From Planctopirus limnophila DSM 3776 (GTDB taxonomy: Bacteria; Planctomycetota; Planctomycetia; Planctomycetales; Planctomycetaceae): a stretch of 32,000 bases of DNA. A program made the position numbers and the translations under genes. Positions within the stretch are counted from its first letter, which is position 1. Each line of letters begins with the position of its first letter. Below are positions 8,225 to 18,428 of this stretch, piece by piece. Below the pieces are notes generated by a model that was not told the origin of the DNA, searched no databases, and saw only the letters and a list, made by a program, of their open reading frames with translations. The stretch spans positions 3,120,001 to 3,152,000 of the forward strand of contig NC_014148.1 in the NCBI RefSeq assembly GCF_000092105.1. Reading direction: 5' to 3'.

Positions 8225-10240
8225 ATGCAGAGACCCTCTCATTTCGCCTGGCTTTCTGTCATTCCCCATAGCATCCCTCACAGGATGTCGATCGCAATCA
8301 CCATCCTCTCTGGCTTCGCCTGTGCGATCGCCTGCGGTCTGATTTGTTCCACGACCTCATGGGCAGAAGAAACTCGTCCGCCCGAGGAATTGACTGCCGC
8401 TGTCGCTCGAACTTCAGAAGTCTGGAAGTCGGCGACCTCGCGCCGGCTCGCTGCGGAAGAGGTCTTGCTGAATGCCCAGAATCAACTAAGGCGTGCAGCC
8501 AAGCCACTTGATCCCGTACACGACCAACTGGGCGAAATCCGTCGTGAGATGGACGCCAGCCAGAAAGAGATCCGCGAGCTTCGCGAGAAGTTCGCCAAGT
8601 CGACCGTAAAAGACGATGAACTGCCCGGAGCCCCCTACCCTTCAGAAAAAGAGGCTGCTCTACAGCGAAAAGTCATCGAGCTGAAGCAGCGTCAGGAACC
8701 ACTGCAGGAGCAACTTCAACAAGCGGAACCCGAACTGAAAGCACTCCGCCAAGCCGTCGATCAAGCCCGCGAAGCGTTCGAAGTTTTGACCATCGAAGAG
8801 GAAGCTCGACGCTTTGATCATCGTGTCGCGGACACCCGCCTCACGGCATGGCTTCAAGCCGCAGAAGTTCGTCAGGCACCCCGGGACGAAGATCTGAAAA
8901 ACGGTCGATGGGGTGATGGAAAATTGACCTTCGCCAGGCACATTGCCCCCCTGCTGGTCGAACATTGCTATGCCTGCCATAACAGCCGGGTGGCTGGAGG
9001 CAGCCTCAATCTGGAGAACTGGGCGAGCCTGCAGCGTGGTGGAGAATCCGGAGCAGTTCTTATCCCTTCCCGCCCCGAAGAATCATCACTTTATACTGAT
9101 TGCCGCGAAGGCTTAATGCCCAAAGATCAGCCTTCACTCTCTGATCTTCAGCTCGCGTTGCTCCGGCACTGGATTGAACAAGGTGCCTCGCCGGGTATCG
9201 GTCTCCACGAGCAAACATCGATTGTGACTATGGTTGGAGCAGCCAGCACTAATCCGGCGGTAAACTCCACAACGACTGTCACTCGCCCGGTAGCCGTCAC
9301 AGCGCTGGCCATGCATCCTTCCTCCGGCGAGATTGTCACATCTGGCTATCGGGAAGTACTTGCCTGGGATCGAGCCGCACAGCTCTCGCACCGCCTGCAA
9401 TTGCCATGTGAACGAGTCTTATCGCTGAGTTTTTCGCCCGATGGCCAGACGCTTGCCATCGCTTCCGGGAAGCCCGGCCGATGGGGTGCCATCAGCATTG
9501 CTCCCTGGCCACTCTCGTCGGCAACATCACCAACCTATCGAACCATCGCCATGACGGTCGATGAAGCCACAGCAGTTCGTTTTTCACCCGATGGCAAATG
9601 GCTGGCAACCGGCGGAACGGATCGGGCCATCCGCTGGTATGAAAGACAATCGCTCATCGAGTATCGACTCTCCGAAGATCATTCCGACTGGATCACCGCT
9701 CTGGTCTGGACACCTGACAGCCAGCGACTGCTCTCTGCCAGTCGAGACAAAACGATCAAAGTGGCCTCGGCCCGAACTGGCAATATTGAACTGACTTTTT
9801 CATCTCATACGAGCTCGATCAGTGATGTCGTTTGTCTTTCAGAGAAGCAGGCCGCCAGTATCGCTCAGGAAGCACAACTTCTGATCTGGAGTATTGCGGA
9901 TGGCAAAGTCGTACAGAAAGTGAAGCTCCCCGCAGTTCCTGTTCGCCTGGCCTACCGCCCTCAAAACTCCGCTGCCGGGATCGAAGAATGCCTCGCTATC
10001 GCACTTCGCGATCAGCAGATCGTGCTCATTGGCGGTGATCCCGAAAAGCGATCTATTACAAACCGACTGAAACTTCCTGCAGTGGCTCTTTCACTGGCGT
10101 TTGATGGAACCACAGGCGATCTGCTGGCAGGCGATCAACATGGCCGCATGGTACGCTTCGATGCCAAAGGGTTATCGAAAGAGAGCAAAGCGACTGACAG
10201 CGAGGCAAAGCCGATCGAGTGGCTGAATCAGCCCCGGTAA
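8225..10240 (+). CDS. Planctomycete cytochrome c domain (PSCyt1) + WD40-repeat protein with N-terminal signal/TM and coiled-coil segment
   Basis: The FARHIAPLLVEHCYACHNSRVAGGSLNLENW block (CxxCH) is typical of PSCyt1. The C-terminal half has WD40-like repeats (FSPDGQTLAIAS, FSPDGKWLATGGTDRAIRWY, WTPDSQRLLSASRDKTIKV). The more likely start is ATG 8285 (MSIAITILSGFACAIACGLIC). Confidence 0.8.
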   Translation: MQRPSHFAWLSVIPHSIPHRMSIAITILSGFACAIACGLICSTTSWAEETRPPEELTAAVARTSEVWKSATSRRLAAEEVLLNAQNQLRRAAKPLDPVHDQLGEIRREMDASQKEIRELREKFAKSTVKDDELPGAPYPSEKEAALQRKVIELKQRQEPLQEQLQQAEPELKALRQAVDQAREAFEVLTIEEEARRFDHRVADTRLTAWLQAAEVRQAPRDEDLKNGRWGDGKLTFARHIAPLLVEHCYACHNSRVAGGSLNLENWASLQRGGESGAVLIPSRPEESSLYTDCREGLMPKDQPSLSDLQLALLRHWIEQGASPGIGLHEQTSIVTMVGAASTNPAVNSTTTVTRPVAVTALAMHPSSGEIVTSGYREVLAWDRAAQLSHRLQLPCERVLSLSFSPDGQTLAIASGKPGRWGAISIAPWPLSSATSPTYRTIAMTVDEATAVRFSPDGKWLATGGTDRAIRWYERQSLIEYRLSEDHSDWITALVWTPDSQRLLSASRDKTIKVASARTGNIELTFSSHTSSISDVVCLSEKQAASIAQEAQLLIWSIADGKVVQKVKLPAVPVRLAYRPQNSAAGIEECLAIALRDQQIVLIGGDPEKRSITNRLKLPAVALSLAFDGTTGDLLAGDQHGRMVRFDAKGLSKESKATDSEAKPIEWLNQPR

Positions 10241-10405
10241 TCATCGCGTGCCACACAAAAGCGTGCCACCTAACGCATAAAGTCACTTGTGGTGGCAGGG
10301 CATGCACATGGCGCGGCTTCTTGTTGTCGTGAAAAATCACGACAACCCTTCCACAAGTTGGCCGGGCCACACTTGTGTGACAGATGTGTGTCATAGAGAG
10401 CGACG

Positions 10406-10446
10406 GGGTGGCTGGGGTCAAACGTCCTCGTTTGCCCCCAGGTCAT
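10406..10446 (+). repeat. GTGG-headed REP-like palindrome (GGGTGGCWGGGGTC...GCCCCCWGGTCAT family), variant 1
   Basis: gggtggCTGGGGTCAAACGtcctCGTTTGCCCCCAGgtcat has a 13-bp stem with one mismatch and a 4-nt loop. Confidence 0.8.
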
Positions 10447-10516
10447 GGTGCGTTAAAGTTCATGGCAATTATTATGGGAAGGAACGTTACCGGTGCAATC
10501 GTGCTTGCGAACGTTT

Positions 10517-10557
10517 ATGACCAGGGGGCGGATGAAGACATCCGACCCCTGCCACCC
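10517..10557 (-). repeat. GTGG-headed REP-like palindrome, variant 2, reverse orientation
   Basis: The reverse complement gggtggcaggggtcggatgtcttcatccgccccctggtcat is identical over 41/41 nt to 23640-23680. It forms an inverted doublet with 10406-10446. Confidence 0.9.
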
Positions 10558-10613
10558 TGTCGCGTGCCACTGTCCTGAGAATTGCCCGATGACAGAACAG
10601 TGTCTCGCGCAAT

Positions 10614-10644
10614 GTGCCATGCTTGCGGCTCGGAGCAAGCATGC
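10614..10644 (+). repeat. GTGC-headed palindromic repeat, copy 3
   Basis: GTGCCATGCTTGCggctcggaGCAAGCATGc, 72 nt downstream of the ppk1 stop, in a convergent intergenic region. Confidence 0.8.
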
Positions 10645-10665
10645 CTTGAGCACCAACACTTCGCT

Positions 10666-10695
10666 GTTATCTCCTGCGAAGTTATCTCCTGCGAA
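10666..10695 (+). repeat. Perfect 15-bp tandem duplication gttatctcctgcgaa x2
   Basis: 10666-10680 equals 10681-10695. It lies 20 nt from the ppk1 stop codon. Confidence 0.9.
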
Positions 10696-10715
10696 ATGTA
10701 CTGCCTCAACAAAGA

Positions 10716-12896
10716 TCAGCGACTCAGTTTCTCCACATCGGAGGGGAGGTGTGGTTCCAACATGGTGGGCCGCATCTGCTCTGCTTCCTGAGCTTCCTCG
10801 GAAATTCTCGCATAGAGCTGAGCCTGACTGCGAAATGGCTCTGTCCCTGCAGGAACAGCACTGCGGACATAACGCCCGTCAGACATGAGTTTTCGAGCTT
10901 TGGCAGTATCCATGAAATGGGTCTTCAAAATACTGAGCAGCCTCGATTTGGCAGCTGGTGCATTCACCGGAACCAGGAGTTCAATCCGTCGATCCAGGTT
11001 TCGCGGCATCCAGTCGGCACTGGAAATGAAAACCAGCTCGTCGCCCCCATGATGAAAGTACAGAACCCGGCTGTGTTCCAGAAATCGATCCACAATACTG
11101 GTGACTATGATGTTCTCGCTTAATCCTTCAATGCCCGGTTTCAGGCAGCAGACACCACGAACATTGAGCCGGATTTTGACACCCGCCTGAGACGCACGGT
11201 AGAGCGCCTCAATCATCTGTTCATCAACCAGCGCATTGAGCTTGGCATGAATCATCGCTTTCTGGCCATGCTTCTTGCGGTCGATCTCGGCATCAATCAA
11301 TTCGAGCAGTTTTTCGCGTAACCCTAAGGGTGCTGCTTCCAGCCTGCGAAAACGCTGAGGCTGACTGTAGCCCGTCACCGCATGAAACAGCGCCGTTGCA
11401 TCCGACCCTAAATCTTCATCGCAAGTAAAGAGACTGGCATCGACATACAGCCTCGATGTCATTTCATTGTAGTTGCCTGTTCCAAAGTGCATGTACCGCT
11501 GAATGCCATGCGGCTCTCTGCGGACCACCAGGCAGACTTTGGCATGCGTCTTGAGACCCTTGACGCCATAAATCACTTGAACTTCGGATCGTTCCAGATC
11601 GCGTGCCCACTCGATATTGCGTGCCTCATCAAAGCGGGCCTTGAGTTCCAGGACAGCCGTCACATACTTGCCATTCTGTGCCGCCCGCTTGAGAGCCGAT
11701 ACAATCGGACTGTTGCGGCTGGTGCGGTATAACGTCTGCTTAATAGCCAGCACATCAGGATCAACAGCCGCCTCTTCGATAAACCGCACGACGGGATCGA
11801 AACTTTCGTAAGGGTGATACAGCAATATGTCCCCCTTGGCGATCTCCTGAAAGATGCTTTGAGTCGCATCAATCCGCGGCGAATTGCGAGAGGGCCACGG
11901 CTTATCGCGATGCTGGTCAAACCCTTGAATCTCAAACACCCGCATCATCACGGTCAGATCCAGCGGCCCGTCGAGCAGATAAACATCCTGCTCGGAGACC
12001 TCTGTCACCTGCATCAGAAAGCTCAAAGTTTCTGTAGAAACCGTGGAAGCCACTTCCAACCGGACACAATCCCCTTCGCGGCGGGCATCGAGTGCCTCCA
12101 CCATTTCCTTTAAGAGATCGCTCGCACCATCTTCGCGCAGTTCCATATCGGCATTGCGAGTCATGCGGAAAGGGACACATTCCAGAACCATCTCACCGGC
12201 AAAGAAGCTGCCGATGCAGATTTCCAGCAGGTTTTCCAACAGGATATATGAGTAACCACCCGCCTCATGAGGCAAAGTCACAATGCGTTCACGTCCCCTG
12301 CCAAAGGGAATCACCGCAAACTTGGGTTTGTCATCGCTCTCACCTTTTAATCGCACACACAGATTCATCGTCTGATTGACGAGTTGTGGAAAATCATCAT
12401 GCCCTGTCACTCGAATCGGAGTGAGAATCGGATAGATCTTCTGCTCGAAGACCTGCCGGATGACCGTATGTTGGCGATCCGAAAGCTCATCTTTGGTGAC
12501 TCGACGGAGTTGATCGGCCTGCAGGGCAGGTTCGATCTCTTTGAGCAGGCAGCGATACTGTTCCCTCACCATCTGATGTGTTCGCTGGCTGATCGCCTCC
12601 AGTTGTTCGATCGCAGTCAGACCGGCAGGATCGCGCGACGTGTTCTGCTGTCGCCTCAACATCTGCAAACTGCCCACCCGCACCATAAAGAATTCGTCAA
12701 GATTCGAAGCGGTAATCGCCAGAAACTTGAGTCGTTCTAACAGCGGCGATGTCGCATCGAGTGCTTCATCGAGCACCCGCTGATTGAATTCGAGCCAGCT
12801 CAACTCGCGATTGAAAAAACGACTCTCCGCAGACTGTGAAACAGCAGGTTGAGCAGGCTGGCTGGTTTTGGAATTCATAGGCGACTTCTTCAACAA
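10716..12896 (-). CDS. ppk1: Polyphosphate kinase 1
   Basis: 726-aa ORF with the PPK1 N-terminal signature RFFNRELSWLEFNQRVLDEA and the catalytic-His region GLKTHAKVCLVVRRE. The track start at 12896 is TTG; an in-frame ATG at 12878 is an alternative. Confidence 0.95.
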   Translation of the reverse strand: MLKKSPMNSKTSQPAQPAVSQSAESRFFNRELSWLEFNQRVLDEALDATSPLLERLKFLAITASNLDEFFMVRVGSLQMLRRQQNTSRDPAGLTAIEQLEAISQRTHQMVREQYRCLLKEIEPALQADQLRRVTKDELSDRQHTVIRQVFEQKIYPILTPIRVTGHDDFPQLVNQTMNLCVRLKGESDDKPKFAVIPFGRGRERIVTLPHEAGGYSYILLENLLEICIGSFFAGEMVLECVPFRMTRNADMELREDGASDLLKEMVEALDARREGDCVRLEVASTVSTETLSFLMQVTEVSEQDVYLLDGPLDLTVMMRVFEIQGFDQHRDKPWPSRNSPRIDATQSIFQEIAKGDILLYHPYESFDPVVRFIEEAAVDPDVLAIKQTLYRTSRNSPIVSALKRAAQNGKYVTAVLELKARFDEARNIEWARDLERSEVQVIYGVKGLKTHAKVCLVVRREPHGIQRYMHFGTGNYNEMTSRLYVDASLFTCDEDLGSDATALFHAVTGYSQPQRFRRLEAAPLGLREKLLELIDAEIDRKKHGQKAMIHAKLNALVDEQMIEALYRASQAGVKIRLNVRGVCCLKPGIEGLSENIIVTSIVDRFLEHSRVLYFHHGGDELVFISSADWMPRNLDRRIELLVPVNAPAAKSRLLSILKTHFMDTAKARKLMSDGRYVRSAVPAGTEPFRSQAQLYARISEEAQEAEQMRPTMLEPHLPSDVEKLSR

Positions 12897-12985
12897 TGAA
12901 CGGCGAGTGATCGATCGCGATCAATAGATATCTCTGTCATGTCCGGCTCGATGGCTGATAGCCACTGGCTCAACAACCGTATGGC

Positions 12986-14602
12986 TTACTGCCTCAGTTT
13001 TCGAAGCAGAACCGACATTCCGTAGGTTTCCTCAAAAAGTGCCCCTGTCTGTTTGAGTGCCAGTTGTTCAAGAGCCAGATCTTCGACTTGAGGCAGACTG
13101 ATCACCAGCCTCGAACCTTCCCGGGCAAACCACAATTCGTGCAGTCGCTGGCTGTGCGAAGCATCGAGGGCATCGGCCAGCCGTAATAATGCCGCCATTT
13201 TGACGACCGCAATTCGCTGGTCGCGATCCAGTTGCGTAAAGCCGGTATGCGTCGGCTTAGGGGATGTCTTGCGATGGTACCGGGCCGTCAGGCCAATCAG
13301 CATCACATCCGTCCGGCTGAGACCGAAAAGCTCGCTGTTCAGAATGAGATACATCGAATGCTTATGATAGCCACTCGGGCCAATATACAGGCCGATTTCG
13401 TGCAGGAGTGCAGCGACAGTCAGCAGCAGTTCGAACCGGGGTTCCAGATGATGCTCTTCTCGTAAACCTTGAAAGAGGATTTTGCAGAGTTTAGCCACAT
13501 GCCGAGCATGAGCTTCAGCAAAGTTAAACTTCCTCCCGAGCTCAATCGCCGAACGCACCACCTGATTGCGAAAATCTTCATTGAGAGCCCCATGCGAGGC
13601 CATATCCGTCAGCATGCCATCGCGCAGATTGACGTTCGCCACGTGAATCTCATCGAGTTGGAATGACTTCGCCATCTGGACGTAAGCCAGCAGTGCCGGC
13701 CCTAATGTCCCCGCATCCGGAAATGAAATGTGATACTTATGGACGATCTTGTCTTCATTCAGGTCGAGAATCGTATTCGTCAACTTTTCGAGTTCATTCA
13801 CTTTCAGCTTGAGCATGCCATCGTGGCCCACTTCCCCACCCAGTTGATGGGCGGCAAACCGCATGTCGCCACCCAGTGCAACCATATTGCGGATCTCTGA
13901 ACGATTGACATGCTGCGAGACCTGCTCGATCACACGCCGCATCTGCGTTTCCAGAATGTGCCGAATCGTGACACGGGAAGACTGATACGCTTCGATCGTT
14001 TCCCGCAGTCTCAATGAGCCCAGCCGATAGGTCTGTGAAAACTGCACATCACAATTCTGGAGCACCAGAATTTCCGTACTTCCCCCACCCACTTCGACAA
14101 CAAGCGTTCCCCATTCGGCAAACTGCTTGTCGGATTTCAGCAGTGGCTGAACACCCAGGTAAGTGATCCGACTGACTTCCGCCTCGTCGATCACTTCGAC
14201 CTGCAATCCGGTGGCTGTATAAATTCGATCCTGAAAGGCCAGTTTGTTCATCGATTCGCGAACGGCACTTGTCGCTACCACACGAATCTGGTCGGGCCGG
14301 GATAGTTCATACTCCGCCAGGACACGCCGATAACTCCGCAGCACACGCACACATTCTTCAATGGTCGCTTTGTCGATCACACCCTTCGAAAAAACATCCC
14401 GCCCCAGATGCACAGCTTGCGATAGGGTGCTGAGCAGATGCACCTCTCCCGATTCGTGAAGTTCAGCAATCGCCATGCGAATCGACGTGGCACCGATATC
14501 AATCACAGCCACCGGTCGAACATGGGGTGGAGATCGATGGCCTCCACCACTCTCGACGCCCTCTAATCCTCTCAGACCTATCAACATGCCGGCCTCCTCC
14601 AT
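12986..14602 (-). CDS. ppx: Exopolyphosphatase, Ppx/GppA family with C-terminal HD domain
   Basis: ASKHA-fold loops VIDIGATSIRMAI and VVEVGGGSTE, plus a C-terminal HD-type block LLHEIGLYI...YHKHS. 538 aa; exact start uncertain. Confidence 0.85.
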   Translation of the reverse strand: MEEAGMLIGLRGLEGVESGGGHRSPPHVRPVAVIDIGATSIRMAIAELHESGEVHLLSTLSQAVHLGRDVFSKGVIDKATIEECVRVLRSYRRVLAEYELSRPDQIRVVATSAVRESMNKLAFQDRIYTATGLQVEVIDEAEVSRITYLGVQPLLKSDKQFAEWGTLVVEVGGGSTEILVLQNCDVQFSQTYRLGSLRLRETIEAYQSSRVTIRHILETQMRRVIEQVSQHVNRSEIRNMVALGGDMRFAAHQLGGEVGHDGMLKLKVNELEKLTNTILDLNEDKIVHKYHISFPDAGTLGPALLAYVQMAKSFQLDEIHVANVNLRDGMLTDMASHGALNEDFRNQVVRSAIELGRKFNFAEAHARHVAKLCKILFQGLREEHHLEPRFELLLTVAALLHEIGLYIGPSGYHKHSMYLILNSELFGLSRTDVMLIGLTARYHRKTSPKPTHTGFTQLDRDQRIAVVKMAALLRLADALDASHSQRLHELWFAREGSRLVISLPQVEDLALEQLALKQTGALFEETYGMSVLLRKLRQ

Positions 14603-14711
14603 GCTGCCCCGGTATCAATCCACAGATTCATGCCAGGGAAGGGATCGAAACGCAACGTCTTTCAAGGGCGACTCGCCGGTCACTCGAACAATATCCTGGC
14701 TCTTCAAGACA

Positions 14712-15713
14712 TCAATTCTTGGCAGTTTTCTCTTCGACGAGATGACGAATCCAGGCGGCAGCACCCAGTGCACCGGCATCATCTCCCAGCTTGGCAACTT
14801 TAACTTCGACAGCCCCTTCGTAGGCGGGCATGATATGAGATCCCAATGCATTTTGAACTTCTTCCAGGAAGAGCTTGGGCAATGCCTCCACCAACCCCCC
14901 GCCCAATACAATCACATCGGGAAGCAGCAGGTTGACAGTTCCTGCAATCGCTACGCCCAGATGGTGGGCGCCATCGCGAACAATCTTCTCCACCACTGTA
15001 TCACCATCGCTGATGGCCTCGGCCAATGTTCCACTGCGAATGTTCGCCAGGTCCGTTCCTGCAACCCTCATCAGATGGGGGGCCTGCCCTCGATAGGCCG
15101 CCTTGGCAATCTCTGCCGACATCGCCAGTCGACTCGCGACCGTTTCCAGGCATCCTCGGCGGCCACAACCGCACATGGCCCCATTGGGCACCACCGGAAT
15201 GTGCCCCAATTCCAGACAAGACGACTTGCGACCGCGGTAAATTCGACCCTCATAGACGAGACCTGCACCGATCCCTGTCCCAGGAAAAACTCCCAAAGTC
15301 GTGCGGGCACCGGAACCTGCTCCAAAGCGATGCTCGCCATACACACCGGCGTCAACATCATTGAGAATGGTGGCCTCGCAACCAAATCGCTTTTCCAGAA
15401 TGTCCTTCAGTGGCACATTCTTCCAACCCAGATTCGGAGACTCGACAATGATTCCCTTGTCGAGATCCAACGGCCCCGGGCAGCCTACTGCGATCCCGCG
15501 CAATTGAGAAACTGAGACATCCAGTTCCACAAGCAGCTTTTCAATGCTGTTGCAAATTCGCTCCACACCCGCTTCGGCACCTTCATGCCCGCGGGTTTTC
15601 TTTCTCCGGTGGCCCACAGGTTGCAGCTTGCGGTCAAACAGACCGGCATGCATTTTTGTGCCGCCTAAATCAAACCCCAGCCAGTATCCATCATCATGCG
15701 AGGCTGCAATCAT
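14712..15713 (-). CDS. ROK-family sugar kinase (glucokinase-like)
   Basis: N-terminal GFDLGGTKM phosphate loop and the ROK zinc motif CGCGRRGCLE. 333 aa. Confidence 0.85.
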   Translation of the reverse strand: MIAASHDDGYWLGFDLGGTKMHAGLFDRKLQPVGHRRKKTRGHEGAEAGVERICNSIEKLLVELDVSVSQLRGIAVGCPGPLDLDKGIIVESPNLGWKNVPLKDILEKRFGCEATILNDVDAGVYGEHRFGAGSGARTTLGVFPGTGIGAGLVYEGRIYRGRKSSCLELGHIPVVPNGAMCGCGRRGCLETVASRLAMSAEIAKAAYRGQAPHLMRVAGTDLANIRSGTLAEAISDGDTVVEKIVRDGAHHLGVAIAGTVNLLLPDVIVLGGGLVEALPKLFLEEVQNALGSHIMPAYEGAVEVKVAKLGDDAGALGAAAWIRHLVEEKTAKN

Positions 15714-15975
15714 GCAAGGGTCTTCCTGTGGAGGATGGACTCACCGATTCGAGGAGGCTGTCGCCAGACCACACGAGGCAAAGTGCACTCGCACGATCTT
15801 CCCATCGCCATCTTGATATGACTTAGTCTGAATCACCAGTTTCAATCAATCAGCGGATTCTCAACGACACTCGACATCATCGACCCCACCGGAACTGGGC
15901 AAATCCCCTGCTCCGGCGGGGTCTCCAAAGAGTCGTTGCATCCTTCGCCAGCATGACTCTCCCACAAAGGAAAGT

Positions 15976-16878
15976 CTACTTGCGATTGTCGATCGCTTTC
16001 TTCAAAGCCACACCCATTTCGCCTGGGCTGCGTGCCACAACCACACCCGCAGCTTCCAGAGCCGCCATCTTTTCTTCGGCTGTCCCTGCACCACCCGAGA
16101 TAATCGCCCCCGCATGACCCATGCGCTTGCCAGGAGGTGCGGTCTGACCAGCAATGAATGCCGCCACTGGCTTGGTCACGTGGGCCTTGATGTACTCCGC
16201 CGCCTTGATTTCGGCATTTCCACCAATTTCGCCAATCATCATGATCGCTTCGGTCCCCGGATCGTTCTGGAACATTTCGAGCAGCTCGATGTAAGGTGTC
16301 CCGATGATGGGATCCCCACCAATACCGACAGCTGTCGATTGCCCTAACCCCAGATTTCCCAGTTGCCATGTGGCTTCATAGGTGAGCGTACCGCTCTTGC
16401 TGATCAGCCCCACAGTCCCAGGCTTATGAATGTAGCCGGGCATAATGCCAATCTTCGCCACACCGGGAGTGATCACACCCGGGCAGTTCGGCCCGATCAG
16501 ACGCGATTTGGGATAGAAAGCCAACGCCTTCTTCACCCGCGCCATATCAAGCACGGGAATTCCTTCAGTAATACAGACAATCAGCTCGATCCCGGCATCA
16601 GCCGCTTCCAGAATGGAATCGGCTGCAAAGGGTGGTGGTACGAAAATCAGCGAGCAGTTGGCACCCGTCTTGGCACAGGCCTCAGCAACTGTATTAAAGA
16701 CCGGAAAATCATCGACTGTTGTGCCCCCTTTACCAGGAGTCACGCCGCCGACAAACACATTTTCACCAGGACGATGCTCTTTGGCATAGGCCCGGCACTG
16801 CTGACTATGAAACAGCCCGGCTTTGCCAGTAATCCCCTGGCAAATGATCTTGGTATTCTTATCCACAAGGATCGACAT
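15976..16878 (-). CDS. sucD: Succinyl-CoA synthetase alpha subunit
   Basis: Blocks [29 protein letters not shown] and the phosphohistidine loop [10 protein letters not shown]. 300 aa. Confidence 0.95.
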   Translation of the reverse strand: MSILVDKNTKIICQGITGKAGLFHSQQCRAYAKEHRPGENVFVGGVTPGKGGTTVDDFPVFNTVAEACAKTGANCSLIFVPPPFAADSILEAADAGIELIVCITEGIPVLDMARVKKALAFYPKSRLIGPNCPGVITPGVAKIGIMPGYIHKPGTVGLISKSGTLTYEATWQLGNLGLGQSTAVGIGGDPIIGTPYIELLEMFQNDPGTEAIMMIGEIGGNAEIKAAEYIKAHVTKPVAAFIAGQTAPPGKRMGHAGAIISGGAGTAEEKMAALEAAGVVVARSPGEMGVALKKAIDNRK

Positions 16879-16960
16879 TTCGAGAATTCTTTCTACGACG
16901 ATAGATACGTGATGTTCGGAAAATGAAGAGGTTCAAAACCTGTTGTGTGAAAGCGTCTGA

Positions 16961-18145
16961 TTACGCAATCGAAGCGACGGCCTTTTTGGCAGCGTCAGTC
17001 AGATCCAGACCTGCCGTGATCTTCTTGCCACTTTCCGCCAACATCTTGCGGGCCAGTTCCACATTGGTTCCTTCGAGCCGAACCACCAGCGGCACCTGAA
17101 TGCCAATCTTGTCGTAGGCCGTCAAAAGTGCTGTCACAATCGTGTCGCACTTCATAATGCCACCGAAGATATTGACCAGAATCCCTTTGACGTTCTTATC
17201 AGCGAGGATAATGCGGAAGGCTTCCGTCACCTGATCCACATTGGCACCACCACCCACATCGAGGAAGTTGGCTGGCTCACCGCCGTGCAGCTTGATCAAA
17301 TCCATGGTCGACATCGCCAGCCCGGCACCATTCACGAGGCAACCAAGATTGCCGTCAAGCTTGACGTAGCTCAGTCCCCACTTCTGAGCTTCGATTTCCG
17401 AAGGCTCTTCTTCGGCCAGATCTCGATAAGCCAGCACGTTCTGATGGCGGAAAAGTGCGTTGTCGTCAAACGTCACCTTGGCATCGAGAGCCAGCAGTTC
17501 ACCTTCTTCCGTCACGACCAGCGGATTGATTTCCGCCATGCTGCAATCGTTATCGAGGAAGAACTTCGAAAGCTGCCGGAAGAACTTTTCGGCATTCTTG
17601 AGAGCATTCCCTTCCAGCCCCAGAGCAAAAGCCAGCTTGCGGGCCTGATAGCCTTCCAGACCATAGACGGGATCAAACGCTTCGGTGAGAATCTTCTCCG
17701 GATGATGGGCCGCCACCTCTTCGATATCCATGCCCCCTTCCGAAGAGACAATGATGACAGGGCCGGCCACTTCGCGATCAACCACACAGGCGGCGTAGAT
17801 CTCGCGTGCAATCTTCAGACCCTGCTCGACCAGCAGCGTCTGAACTTTCTTACCCTCTTCACCCGTCTGGATCGTCACGAGGGTATTGCCCAGCATGCGA
17901 CTGGCATTGGCAGCTGCATCCTCAGCCGACTTCACCAGCACCACCCCGGGCTGCTCGGGCTGCTCTTTAAACCGACCCTTCCCTCGACCACCCGCATGAA
18001 TCTGCGATTTAACGACAGCGACTGCTGTTCCCAGTTGACCGTAAGCGGCCTGAGCCTCTTCAGGTGTCTTGGCGACAATTCCGCGTGGTACAGCCACTCC
18101 GGCTTTGGCCAGAAGTTCTTTTGCCTGAAACTCGTGAATCTTCAT
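16961..18145 (-). CDS. sucC: Succinyl-CoA synthetase beta subunit (ADP-forming)
   Basis: [17 protein letters not shown] start, ATP-grasp region, and C-terminal GGIMKCD and [10 protein letters not shown] blocks. 394 aa; lies 82 bp upstream of sucD on the same strand. Confidence 0.95.
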   Translation of the reverse strand: MKIHEFQAKELLAKAGVAVPRGIVAKTPEEAQAAYGQLGTAVAVVKSQIHAGGRGKGRFKEQPEQPGVVLVKSAEDAAANASRMLGNTLVTIQTGEEGKKVQTLLVEQGLKIAREIYAACVVDREVAGPVIIVSSEGGMDIEEVAAHHPEKILTEAFDPVYGLEGYQARKLAFALGLEGNALKNAEKFFRQLSKFFLDNDCSMAEINPLVVTEEGELLALDAKVTFDDNALFRHQNVLAYRDLAEEEPSEIEAQKWGLSYVKLDGNLGCLVNGAGLAMSTMDLIKLHGGEPANFLDVGGGANVDQVTEAFRIILADKNVKGILVNIFGGIMKCDTIVTALLTAYDKIGIQVPLVVRLEGTNVELARKMLAESGKKITAGLDLTDAAKKAVASIA

Positions 18146-18428
18146 GCATTGTTCCGTTACTTCGGTGGGCCCTGTCTCAGCACACTCTGAAACAGGTCGA
18201 CAACCAGTTTCCCTGACGTGATCCCATGGGCTATTGTGCCCTTGCAGCGTCTGAGATGATATCGGGGCGGAGAGTGAGCTTCCAACAGACTCTGGCGAAT
18301 TGGCAAAATTCTAAAGATCGAGAGGCTTTCACTTTGACGAAAGTCCTCTCACTCACCTCGTTTTCGACATCTCTCCAGCAGAAAATACGAAATCTGGCCA
18401 CCGGCAGGCACCCACAGGAAATGCTTTT

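Noticed and set aside
10493-10888. ORFs 10493..10888 (+) and 23477..23680 (-) both begin with MTRGRMKTSDPCHP, which might suggest a duplicated small gene.
   Set aside because: The shared peptide is just the translation of the identical 41-nt REP copy in its two orientations. The remainder of each ORF is unrelated and overlaps ppk1 or other repeats.
14475-15515. Long antisense ORFs. These are the 346-aa ORF here, plus 17285..18190 (+), 6205..6990 (-), 7174..7821 (-), 1513..2127 (-), 2950..3588, 3610..4338 and 4414..5073 (-), and 19617..20306 (-).
   Set aside because: Each lies opposite a gene with strong family motifs (ROK/ppx, sucC, larC, PP2C, metalloprotease, PTPS). Their translations are Arg/Ser/Cys/Trp-rich with no recognisable motifs. 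They are typical shadow ORFs.
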